Source: Callorhinchus milii (taxonomy: Eukaryota). Taken from it: a stretch of DNA of 64,000 nt. The stretch lies in contig NW_024704745.1 of NCBI RefSeq assembly GCF_018977255.1, positions 8,928,001 through 8,992,000 on the forward strand. The letters are read 5' to 3'. This document shows, in pieces, positions 1 to 10,468 of this stretch. The position numbers were made by a program, and so were the translations under genes. Positions within the stretch are counted from its first letter, which is position 1. Each line of letters starts with the position of its first letter. The notes beneath the pieces are model-generated. The model was not told where the DNA came from, ran no database searches, and saw only the letters and a list, made by a program, of their open reading frames with translations.

Positions 1-604
1 AACCCTCACCCACGCATTCGTCACATCAAGGGTCGATTACGGAAACTCCGTCCTCATCGGCCTTCCCAACTCTTCCCTTCACAAGCTGCAGATCATCCAA
101 AACTCTGCAGCTCATGTACTCACGCACACCAGGCTCCGTGACCCCATCATTGCCACCCTCACCCAACTCCACTGGCTCCCCATCCCCCAGAGGATCGAGT
201 TACAAGATCCTCGCCATCACTTTCAAGGCCATCCATGGCCTTGCCCCCTCCTACCTCTCTGACCTGCTGACTCCCTACCAACCTGCCCGCTCCCTCCGTT
301 CAGCGGGCTCCGGCCTGCTCCATGTCTCCCATCGGTGGCCGGGCTTTCAGCCTCTCTGCCCCCACACTCTGGAACTCCATTCCACGGTCCCTTCGCCTCG
401 CTTCCTCCCTTGCCTCTTTCAAGGCCGGTCTCAAGACCCTTCTCTTCGATTGTGCCTTTGGTTGCCCTCCCACCTCTCTGTCTTCCCTCACCCCAACACC
501 ACCCCTCCCCCATGCTCGGGCCCCGACACCTGACTGTTCAGCGCTTTGGGACGTCCTCAGATTGTGAAAGACGCTCTATAAATGTAATTTTGTTGTTGTT
601 GTTG
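1..604 (+). mobile_element. L2 (LINE2) 3' fragment, running off the left edge
   Basis: Translates TLTHAFVTSRVDYGNSVLIGLP...LQIIQNSAA...LHWLPIPQRI and, after a frameshift, FKAIHGLAPSYLSDLL, typical of the L2 ORF2 C-terminus; ends in GCGCTCTATAAATGTAATT(TTG)n. Confidence 0.93.
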
Positions 605-1077
605 TAGAATCCATAACAGACGAAGTTATGCATTACAGAAATGAGCTTGATGCTCCTGAAGGCTTATCCTTTCATGCTTTCTTGCATTCAAACTGATCTG
701 CGTTTGCGATTTAAGGGACTTGTGATAGGATTTCTCCATGGTCTCACACACAGTACCACAAACTGACCAAATACAAATTTGCTGAAGTCCCCTTCTCAGC
801 TGTTCTGTGTTATGGATGGGAAAGAGAAGAAAAAGGAGAGAAAAGAAACAGTTGAAGGCTCTGTATATTGATGTTATGTTCTCCAAGACGCTGCCTGAGT
901 GAAGGGCACTCTGTAAATGCAAATTGTTGTTCTTATATTGCTGTTGCAATTCTTTTTGTGACATGGTATTGGTGACAGGTTGAAGCAGTTTGATAAAACC
1001 ATCAACTATGGCTGATTTGTCAATTGCTGAAGAAAAATTAAAATAGGTGACGTATACCCTGCAAAAAAAATACATAC

Positions 1078-1236
1078 CTGGTGTTGCAACTTCAAGATTT
1101 GGAACCAGCTGGTGGTCATTTGATGGGATACTCTCCCTTCTCAGGTAAGATGTTGGAATATTGACACGAAGGGATGATAATGGAGGCGCTGTTCTTGTAG
1201 AATTCAGAATATCTTCATAGGACCTCCGCAGATGAA
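1078..1236 (-). CDS. Internal coding exon (159 nt, phase 1/1) of an unidentified gene: (V)HLRRSYEDILNSTRTAPPLSSLRVNIPTSYLRRESIPSNDHQLVPNLEVATP
   Basis: Acceptor tttatttgttttatctttcag|TT, donor CCAG|gtatgt, open frame, phase compatible with the exon at 3165-3231. Confidence 0.65.
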
Positions 1237-1543
1237 CTGAAAGATAAAACAAATAAATGTATAAGGCGACCTCAACTGCATGTACACTGGAGTGCCCATC
1301 CAAAGTGATTTGCTGTCACTTTTCTGAACAAGCAATATTCAAAGACCAGCCAAGGCCCTACAATAGGAGTGCATCAACTTTTTCCATCCTGGGAGGTTAA
1401 CCAAAACAAGGTTAAATTACAGAAAAGGAACACAATTCCTTAGCATAAGAACATAAAAATTGCTAGATGAAAGAAGACCCAAGTTCCATCCAGTTTGCCT
1501 TCCGCCATCATGGCAATCACATGCACATATAATGTCCTAATCT

Positions 1544-1873
1544 ATAATAATAATAATAATCCTTACATTTGATATAGCGCTTTTCACGTCGGGAGGACGT
1601 CCCAAAGCGCTTCACAGAACACACTGTGAAGTGAATTGACTGTACATGTGTGGGCGAACGCGGCAGCCAATTGCGCACAGCAATGTCCCACAAACAGTCG
1701 TAGATTGAAAATGACCAATTTATTATTGGTTTTTGGTTTTTGGAGGGATTATTATTAGGCTCTGTGTGGAGTAAGGAAACTTGCCCAAGGTTTCGCCCCG
1801 ACCTGCCTGGAATTGAACTCGGGTCTCTCGCTTGCAAAGCGAGCGCTCTAACCACTGAGCCACAGGACTCCAC
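1544..1873 (-). mobile_element. Full-length tRNA-Ala-headed SINE, young short subfamily
   Basis: Head GTGGAGTCCTGTGGCTCAGTGG (A box), TTTGCAA anticodon loop, B box GAGTTCAATTCC, Deu-like core, L2-type tail, (TTA)n. Confidence 0.92.
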
Positions 1874-3164
1874 AAATGTATAAAATGCATCCCAAGATAT
1901 TATTTCCAATAATGAATCTATCTTAACAAAGTTTGTGCAAAAAAAAAAGACGTTCACGGTGTACCATCAAGCAATATAGTTTTGCCTAAGTAACTTTGTT
2001 TCACAGTGTGTAAAGCAGCACCCATTGGGTGGTGAGAGGGTGGCTCTTGGCCTTTACTCATTTTGCAACTCCCTTCTCGAGTCCATTTTTTCAATGCTAT
2101 TCGGCAAGTTTCATTTACAATATTATTTTTTTACACACACACAGACACACACACACACACACCACTCATCATACAGAACGGGTCAGTAGGATGAGTTGTA
2201 GGATGAGTTGTCATCCTACTCCAAAGGGTCACACGTACATTTTTACGTGCACATTTTTGCATCAAGGGTTAGGATTAACATTGGATCCATATGGTTAAAA
2301 AGCCATAGTGCAATCACACACACTAAAAAAATCCCTTTGTTTCCCCCCCTTTAATTTTCTCCTTCAAAAAGCACACAGATCGTTCACCGGTTGTGCTTTT
2401 ATATACCCCGTTGGAATATGCTTTACTATTGCTCAGTGGACATCGTTGCAATGACAGCAATAGGTTAGCGAAGCCCCCAAGTGGGTTCAACAAATCCACG
2501 AGCACAAATATTTGCGCACCTTTTCGGAAAATCACGAATGGTTTAATTAAAAAAAAAGAGAGAGAGATAAACCCTTTCATTGCTGACTCAGTGTTGGCGC
2601 CTTACTTACCCCCCACCCCCTCCCCCCCTCCCCCCCAGTCATCCCAGTTGCAAGTTAACAACCTGATCCCATTGCTTTTAAAAGCACTGTGTGCACATCA
2701 CATCTATTCGAATGTCATCTGCGATTATTTTCAACTCTTGGTTATTTTTTTTTTGGGAAACAGTGGGTTGCAAATACAATATTTTTCATTGAATAAACCG
2801 AGCGATTGGGCAAAAAAAAAAAGAAGCGCTCTCCCATCCGCCCGCCAAGACCATGGCCAGAGAAACGCACCGTTTTGCAACCCCTTCCATTGCACTTTTT
2901 TTTCTCGCACAATAAACGCAGACGAACGGGACTGAACCCCCACACAGGACGCAACGCTCCCGAAACCATACGTTTTGCATTTCGCTGCATAAGTTTTAAA
3001 ACCTCAGCAAACGAGTTCCCCCCACATTTCACCTCCCCCCTCCCCCCCTCCCCCTCCTCCTCCCCCATCGCCTCGTCTCAGTCTCAGTTGAGCGCCTTCT
3101 TTTTTTCCGCGTCTTATTTTTTTTTAAATAAAATTTTTAAAAGATTTTTTAAAATCTTACTCAC

Positions 3165-3231
3165 CGGCGATTTTAGGCTGAGGGTTTGGGATTTCCACCA
3201 GGACCTGCCTAAGGTTGACAGCAGGAGCCAT
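3165..3231 (-). CDS. Probable first coding exon of the unidentified minus-strand gene: MAPAVNLRQVLVEIPNPQPKIA
   Basis: ATG in strong context (gaatATGG), 67 coding nt, consensus donor CCG|gtgagt, inside a CpG-rich region. Confidence 0.6.
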
Positions 3232-3381
3232 ATTCGGCTATTTTTTTTTGGGGGGGCACTTAATATACTTCCAAAAAAATTGCACTCATGAAACGACCCC
3301 CCAAAAAAAACACACACCCAAGATCTATCTGTCTGACTGTCTGTCTGACTGTCTGTCTATCCAACCTCTCTATCCTCCACC

Positions 3382-3413
<32 letters not shown>

Positions 3414-3627
3414 AGGTGATGAGATTCAAATGTCCTCGCAGTCCTTTTTTTGTGTGTGCGCTGTTAACAAAAAAAATGCAAGTTTTTTAAAAAAAAATCG
3501 CATTGGGTGCAAGAAACAGCTTAAAAGGCTGTCTCTGTGTGTGTGTGTGTGTGTGTGTCTGTCTGAGTGTGTGTGTGTCTGAGTGTGTGTGTGTCTGTCT
3601 CTGAGTGTGTGTGTCTGTCTCAGTGTG

Positions 3628-3891
3628 NNNNNNNNNNNNNNNNNNNNNNNNNNNNNNNNNNNNNNNNNNNNNNNNNNNNNNNNNNNNNNNNNNNNNNNNN
3701 NNNNNNNNNNNNNNNNNNNNNNNNNNNNNNNNNNNNNNNNNNNNNNNNNNNNNNNNNNNNNNNNNNNNNNNNNNNNNNNNNNNNNNNNNNNNNNNNNNNN
3801 NNNNNNNNNNNNNNNNNNNNNNNNNNNNNNNNNNNNNNNNNNNNNNNNNNNNNNNNNNNNNNNNNNNNNNNNNNNNNNNNNNNNNNNNNNN
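3628..3891. other. Assembly gap (N run) within a (GT)n/(GTCT)n compound microsatellite
   Basis: Ns flanked on both sides by TG-rich simple repeats. Confidence 0.99.
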
Positions 3892-3979
3892 TCTGTCTCA
3901 GTGTGTGTGAGTGTGAGTGTGTGTCCCAGTGCCTGCAGCAGTCCGGCTCGCAGAGGAGGCAGCAGTTTGTGAATGAGAC

Positions 3980-4200
3980 GGGGGGTCGGGGTCGGGTCCG
4001 CGGGAGATCGATCCCCTTTTCGGTGACTGCGCTCCTCCTCGGGATACAGTGTAACTCAGTGGAAATTGCCGCGCGGCCCGCGGGCCTCGCAGCCCATTGG
4101 CCGCCACTCTCTCAGCGCTCAGCCATTGGCTCCTCTTCGCTCCTCTTCAGCCGGAATCACCTCCTCTGCACTGACTGACTGACTGACACCCCCTCTGCTC
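3980..4200 (-). promoter_or_regulatory. Probable CpG-island promoter of the minus-strand gene with tandem CCAAT boxes
   Basis: High CpG density; ATTGG at 4096-4100 and 4125-4129 (CCAAT on the minus strand), upstream of the 3231 ATG. Confidence 0.55.
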
Positions 4201-5699
4201 TGCTCTGCTCTCTGACTCAAAACCTCTCTCCCCCCCCCCCCCCCCTCTCCTCAAGGCGTGTGTGTGTGTGTTGGGAGGGGGAGAGAGAGAGAGAGAGAGG
4301 GGCGGTGGAAGGATCGGGGCCGAGTCAAAAGACCCCCCACCCCAACCCCCCCCCCCCCCCACCCCTGTCTTTGAACTTTAATGCCCTTGATCTGAGTCGG
4401 CGACATCACTGTGCGCGGTTTGCAATGGTCGCAGCAGCGAATAGATATATATATATAGATATATATATAATATAAAAAGGTTCGTATCCCTTCCACCCCC
4501 CCCCCCCCCCAGCAGGAGCGAGAGTGTGTGCGGTGGATGAATTTGTGTGTGTGTGTGTGTGTGTGGATGAATTTGTGTGTGTGTGTGGATGAATTTGAAC
4601 CCCCCCCAGAGCCAGGTCCCAGGTCCCAGGTCGAGTTCAGAAGGTGCTCAGACAACACAGCAAGTGCTCGGCTCCACATACTGTGATTTAATTACTTGGA
4701 CTTACTCTCCAAACGTTTGGACTCGTACCGTTTCGCAGAGCAATTGACTTCACGACTGCAGAGATGCGAGAAACATGTCGACAGTGATGATATCTGATAG
4801 GAATCATTTACCAGCGGACCATAGGTGCTCTCTCTCCCTCTCTCTCTCTCTATATATATATATGCATTATACTTCTATTTGTGTATTTTTTTTGGGGGGA
4901 GGAGGATGGTTGGTGGGGATCTTCAATGGTGCACACTGCCACTCAATGGTGAAATGCAGCGATTCTTCCCCCATGATTTGCCACATGGCTGGATCATTCA
5001 TGGGAGGGAGGGAGGGAGGGAGAGAGGGGGAAATGGAGGTAACTGAGGCGACGTGATGGGGGAAGGGGCCCAATCGTTTGTTCGGGTTGTATATAAGTTA
5101 GAAAACCCCGGGTTCCACCTGTGTGAAGTACCGACGTCAAACTGGTCGATCTGAATCTTTTGTGTAATAAAATGCAGAAAGTATAAGCGGCTGTGCTTCT
5201 GAAATGAGAGTGGCTTCATTCGGTTTTGGCGGGCAGATGATGTGAAAGAGCCTCATCGCTACTGCCTGTCATCTTACATACATAGCCCTGTTCAGAATGG
5301 AGTTGCCAAAGATTAGTGAATGCCTCGCACACCAGCTCGTTTTAAACAGAATAATCTTTCATTACAAATCGTCTTTGTTTATTGATGACAAAAAAATACA
5401 ACAAACTACTGCTAATTCCCCCCCCACACACACACACACACCACCACCTTGATTGCACATCAGCAAGACTGTCTATGGATTTCTTTTTTTTATATAAAAA
5501 GAATAATTTTGAGAGATCAGTCTCACTTTCGCTTACTGCCAATGCATTCTCTCTCAAAGAATTGCGCTCTTTCACCCATTATCTGCCCTTTGCTTCTTTA
5601 ATAATTAATCCTTACATTTAGTATAGCGCCTCTCATGTTAGGAGCACGTCCCAAAGCGCTTCACAGGATTTACTGTGAAGTGGAATGACTATATTTGTG

Positions 5700-6950
5700 G
5701 GCGAACTCTCTCATAACCCGTCTTTCTCACCGCTATTTCCCTCCCCTCAGTCGCTTTCCCTCACCGCTATTTCCCTCCCCTCAGTCCCTTTCCCTCACTG
5801 CTATTTCCCTCGCCCTCAGTCTCTCTCTCCTTCAGTACTGTTTCCTCTACCTCACTGTTTTCTCTTTCTGTTTCTCTTCTTCAGTCTCTCTTCCTTACTG
5901 CTATTCTCCCCCCCCCCTTCCTCAGTATCTCCGTCACTCGCGGTCTCTATTATTTCTCAGTACCAAAACATCCTTCAGTAAGTCTCTCTTCTACTTTCCC
6001 TCACTAACTCTCTAACCCTTACTGCTATTCTTCACTGCCAATGTCTCCTCCTCACTCTCTTTCACTGTCATTCTCTCTGATGCTAGTTTATTTCACTGTT
6101 AGTTTCTCTCAGGCATCTCAGTATGTGTGTATATAGGAACATAAATAGGCCATTCAGCCCCTCAAGCCTATTCTGGTATTCTATTAGATTCTGGCTGATT
6201 TGTACCTCAAATCCAAATATATATATTTTATATATACAGTGTATATATGTCTTTCTGCCACTGCCAGCTTCTTTCTAGTTTATTGGAAGAATATTTTGCT
6301 TGCTTCATCTCTTTCAATAACAGCCTCTTTCCCTCACGTCCAGTCTCTTGTCGACTGTTAATCATTTTCTCGCTCATTGCTAGTCTCTTGTCAATTCATG
6401 ATCACTCTCCCACTCACTACCAGCATCTCAGCGCCCCACTTTCCCTGGCTTACTGACAGTTTCTCTCTCACTTTCATGATCACTCACTTTTATTCGCTTG
6501 CTGAATCCTAGCTGTCTTTTCCACCATTTCTTACATCACTAGTGCATCTCAGTGATAGCTTTCCTGTCAAGCATTGCCCCTCTCTTTCTGTCAGCTTCTG
6601 TAACACTGCAATTCTCTCTCAGTCGGTCTTTTTCTCTCTGTCTCTGCCTCTATCGCTGATTTTCTTTCGCTGAACGTCTCTCCTGCTGACAGTCCTCTAT
6701 CGCTTATATTCTCTTTCTCGTGGACATTGCCAGTCACCTTCTCTTTCTCTCACACTCACCGACAATCTCTCAATCTCACTGACAGCATCTCACACTCACA
6801 GACAATTTCTTACACTCACTGAGCATCTCTCAGCCTAGGTGACATTATCTCATACTCACTGAAGGTCTGTCCCAAAATCACTGAGGGTCTCTTTCACGCT
6901 CACTGAGTCTGCCACGCTCACTGATAGTCCCTCTCACATTAACCAACAGT
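5700..6950. repeat. Degenerate pyrimidine-rich tandem/low-complexity tract
   Basis: Recurrent CTCACYGCTATTTCCCT and CTCACTGA-like units with strong C/T skew. Confidence 0.7.
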
Positions 6951-6954
6951 CTCA

Positions 6955-7400
6955 CACACACACTCACTGACAGGTCTCACACACACACACAGACACTCAC
7001 TGACAGGTCTCACACACACACAGACACTCACTGACAGGTCTCACACATACACAGACACTCACTGACAGGTCTCACACACAGACAGACACTCACTCACTGA
7101 CAGGTCTCACACACACAGACACTCACTGACAGGTCTCACACACACAGACACTCACTGACAGGTCTCACACACACACACACTTACTGACAGGTCTCACACA
7201 CACACTGACAGGTCACACACACACACTCACTGACAGGTCTCACACACACACTCACTGACAGGTCTCACACACACACTCACTGACAGGTCTCACACACACA
7301 CTCACTGACAGGTCGCACACTCACAGACAGCCTCTCACACGCTCACAGACAGCCTCTCACACTCACTGAGGGTCTCACACGCTCACAGACAGCCTCTCAC
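6955..7400. repeat. Minisatellite, unit ACTCACTGACAGGTCT(CA)n
   Basis: 13 copies of TGACAGGT counted in 6961-7320 with variable CA spacers, then variant units CTCACAGACAGCCTCTCAC. Confidence 0.95.
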
Positions 7401-7440
7401 GCCCACTGAGGCCCCCACCCGCTCCCTGACCAGCCTCCTT

Positions 7441-7490
7441 CTCCTCCACGTGCTTCACTTCCGGCGTTGCCCGGTTGCCACGGAGACGGC
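7441..7490 (+). promoter_or_regulatory. TATA-less CpG-island core promoter (E-box, ETS, RFX X-box)
   Basis: CACGTG 7447-7452, CACTTCCGG 7456-7464, GTTGCCACGGAGAC 7474-7487. Confidence 0.7.
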
Positions 7491-7682
7491 GCAGTCCAAA
7501 GCAGCGGACCGATTGCAATCGGCAGATTCGCGCCGGCCCTGGGGAGGGAGCCTTTTGGGCTTTGGCGAATGTGCCGCCCGCCCCGGGGGGGGGGAGGGGA
7601 GAGCAGAGCAGAGCCCAGTGAGCACCAGACCGACGCTGAACGGGTCGGGACGGAAGATCGGCGGCGAGAGACCAGGACCCAG
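7490..7682 (+). other. Probable first exon of a plus-strand host gene; CMSS1 expected by synteny but not confirmed; start approximate
   Basis: GC/CpG-rich segment directly after the promoter motifs, ending in donor CCCAG|gtaacc; no convincing downstream coding exon seen in the window. Confidence 0.55.
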
Positions 7683-8383
7683 GTAACCCCCTCCTCCCCT
7701 CCCGGTACAGCACCCCCCGGTATAATACCCTCCTCTCCTCTCCCCCCGGTGGGGTTGGGGTGCTCGATACAGTACCCCCCCCCCCTCACCCCACCCCTCC
7801 CCGCACCCCCATACGCAGCCGCTCTTTTTCATTCAGTTTTTTTTTAATTGACTTATTTAATCGGTTATTTTTTTTTATTTGAATCGAGTTGAATTATACA
7901 TATATACATACAGATATATATATATATTTGAAAAAAAAACAGCCCCCGAAACACTGACACGACTTCAAAACGTTCGTTCGAAGCGATCAGCTTTTGAAGC
8001 TGTCGTTTTTAATTCATTCGTTAATTTAATCAAAACTATTGATTGATTGATTGATTGATTTATTAAGAAAGAGAGAGAGAGAAAAACAAACAATGCAGAG
8101 GAAGCCGTGGCCCTGGAAGTGATGAGTAGAGAGAGTCAGAGAGCCTGAGGTTGTCTGACCTTCGCGTTGCAGTTGGTTTCGGAACTTCTCACCGACCGTT
8201 GTGTTTCAAAAAGATTTGAATCCCCTCTTCAACCCGTTGGTGACGTCGCGTCGTCGCGCGTCAGAGGCGCGTGTACCCCCCCTCCCCCCCCCCCACACAT
8301 ACAACACACACACTCCCCCCCCCCCCCACCCCAGTTAGTAACACGTGCCCCAGGATTCAGCCATGCAACCCAACGGTACTGAT

Positions 8384-8492
8384 GGGGGAGCACGTGGGTG
8401 GGGGTGGGGGGAGCACGTGGGTGGGGGTGGGGGAGCACGTGGGTGGGGGAAGCACGTGGGTGGGGGTGGGGGGAGCACGTGGTGGGGGGGGG
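8384..8492. repeat. G-rich tandem repeat, unit about GGGGGAGCACGTGGGTGGGGGT, 5 copies
   Basis: CACGTG at 8391, 8414, 8436, 8453 and 8476. Confidence 0.92.
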
Positions 8493-8494
8493 GG

Positions 8495-9012
8495 ACTCAC
8501 CCCTCAGTGGTCAGAGCGCTCGCCTTGCAAGCGAGAGGTCCCCCGGTTCGATACCCGGGGCTGGGGGCCACAGGAGTCCGTGGCCAAGGGGGCCGGGGGG
8601 CGCAGGGGGCCGGGGGGGGGCGCAGGGGGCCGGGGGGGGGCGCAGGGGGCCAGGGGGCCCGGGGCGAAAAGGTGGGCAAGTTTCCTTTACTCCCTTTTCT
8701 TTTCACACGCGCCTCTTCTGTTTACCCCAAGCGGTAAGCCGGCAGCCCGGGTTGTTGGTCGATTGGCGGATCGCTTTTCCCGGGGTGGGGTGGGGTGTGG
8801 TGGGGGGGGGGGGCTGATGCGTCCTTTCTTCTCTTTTTAAAAATAAAATAAATCGAATCGGGTCCCTTCGATCCACGACTGCGCGCCATTGGGCTGCCGC
8901 GTTTCGGCCGTAAAACACGCGGTCGCGGTTCGCTTTGTCGTATGTTCAGTGAAGCACTTTAAGGCATCTCGGAGGCGCTATGTTAAGTGCAAGGATTATT
9001 ATTATTATTATT
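8495..9012 (+). mobile_element. tRNA-Ala-headed SINE, long subfamily, GC-shifted, with an internal G-rich tandem insertion (about 8560-8660)
   Basis: CTCAGTGGTCAGAGCGCTCGCCTTGCAAGCGAG head, GGGCAAGTTTCCTT, tail TGCAAGGA(TTA)n. Confidence 0.85.
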
Positions 9013-9014
9013 AT

Positions 9015-9120
9015 AACATAGGAACTGGTCATAGGAAAAGAAGTAGGCCATTCAGCCCCTTGAGCCAGTTCGCCATTCTATTAGATTATGGCTGATCTGT
9101 ACCTCAACTCCCATTTACTT
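9015..9120 (-). mobile_element. CR1 LINE 3' end; a related piece lies at about 6135-6210
   Basis: CATAGGAA...TAGGCCATTCAGCCCCTTGAGCC...TAGATTATGGCTGATCTGTACCTCAACTCC, reverse complement of a CR1-type tail. Confidence 0.7.
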
Positions 9121-9124
9121 GCCT

Positions 9125-9355
9125 TTGAGCCAGTTGGGCACAGCAGTGCGTGTCCCACAAACAGTTGTGGATTGAGTGACCAAATATTTTTTTCTTGAAG
9201 GATTATTATCCCGATCCACCAGTTGACTGACAACCGGGTTCCTACTTACTGCTCGGCAAACAGGAGCGTGGAGTAAGGAAACTTGCGCAACGTTTTGCAC
9301 TGCCGGGAATCGAACCCAGGTCCTCTCGCTTGCGAGGCAAGTGCTGTAATCACTA
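9125..9355 (-). mobile_element. tRNA-Ala-headed SINE, long subfamily, tail missing
   Basis: Matches head and GCAGTAAGTAGGAACCCGGTTG body of other copies. Confidence 0.85.
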
Positions 9356-9356
9356 G

Positions 9357-9745
9357 CAACAACAACAAGATTACATTTGTGCAGCGCCTTTCACGTCGGG
9401 AGGATGTCCCGAGGCGCTGGACAGTGTACAGCATTTCAGACCCGAGCCGGGGTCGGGGAGGGGAAGAGGGATGACCGATGGTGTGGTCGAAGAGGAGGGT
9501 TTTGAGGCGGGACTTGAAGGAGGCTAAGGAGGGGGTGAGGCGGAGTGATTGGGGGATGGAATTCCAGAGGTTGGGGGCAGAGTGGCTGAAGGCTCTCCCG
9601 CCAGTGGTGGGACGGGTGGGTTGGGGAACGTGGAGCAGGACAGAGCCGGCTGAGCGGAGGGAGCGGGCGGGTTGGTAGGGGGTTAGGAGGTCACAAAGGT
9701 AGGTTGGGGCGAGGCCATGGAGGGCTTTGTATGTGAGGACCAGGT
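9357..9745 (-). mobile_element. L2 3' fragment
   Basis: Reverse complement of the L2 end seen at 1-604, with (CAA)n tail. Confidence 0.88.
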
Positions 9746-9764
9746 GACCATAAGCCCGATCAAA

Positions 9765-10032
9765 AAGAAGTTTCCTTACTCTGCACGCTTCTGTTTACCT
9801 GGCAGTAAGTAGGAACCTGGTTGTTAGTCGATTGGCGGATTGCTTTTCTGGGGGTAATAATTACTTTTTTTTCAAAAAACAATAAATTGGTCACTTCAAT
9901 CCACGACTGTGCACAATTGGCTGCCACGTTTCGCCCACAAAATATATAGTCAATTCACGTGACAGTATATTCTATGAAGCGCTTTGAGACGTCTCGATGA
10001 TAAGGTGCTGTATCAAATGCAAGGATTATTAT
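9765..10032 (+). mobile_element. 5'-truncated SINE, long subfamily
   Basis: AAGTTTCCTTACT...GCAGTAAGTAGGAACC...AAATGCAAGGATTATT. Confidence 0.85.
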
Positions 10033-10435
10033 TGATATCCTCGGTTATTCTGACGTTTGTGCTTGGTGGGTTCCATGACTGTTAACCGTATTTCACAGGG
10101 AAACCGGAAAGGCCATTTGCACATCATTTTACCGTAACGGAATACTGACACTGGTTCCGCAAATGTGTGGAACATCACGATGACTCTGTGGAAAATAACT
10201 GCACTGGTGTATTTTAAGAAAGCTTGATTTGTGCCTTTGTTAGTTCTGTAAGTTAACAAAGAACTTTGAGGGAATAGAAAGGCGGTATTAATTTTAGGGT
10301 GTCCCTTGTATGAGCCTAGTGACCTGTACTTTATTGTATTCAGTAATACCACGTAATGCTGGACGCCCAGATAGTATCTCTATTGCCTGCAATTATAAAC
10401 TGCAGTGCTGTAACTTATTAATGTAAAAGTTTATT

Positions 10436-10468
10436 GCACCACCTAGTGTCAACAGTACATCACTGCAG
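10436..10468 (-). promoter_or_regulatory. Candidate CTCF site with upstream module
   Basis: Minus strand TGCAGT-N13-CACTAGGTGGTGC. Confidence 0.6.

Noticed and set aside
626-1303. 225-aa minus-strand ORF as a single-exon gene
   Set aside because: Only 1078-1236 is bounded by splice sites; the rest reads through intron and a retroelement tail (NNNLHLQSALH)
3567-4178. ORFs spanning the N run
   Set aside because: Artefacts of the assembly gap and GT microsatellite
4700-4810. Alternative minus-strand first exon ending GAGA|gtaagt at 4706
   Set aside because: The ATG-initiated open frame ends in phase 0 and is incompatible with the phase-1 exon at 1236; no other support
6955-7400. Repeat-spacer pattern resembling a CRISPR array
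   Set aside because: Spacers are only variable-length CA runs; eukaryotic context and no cas genes
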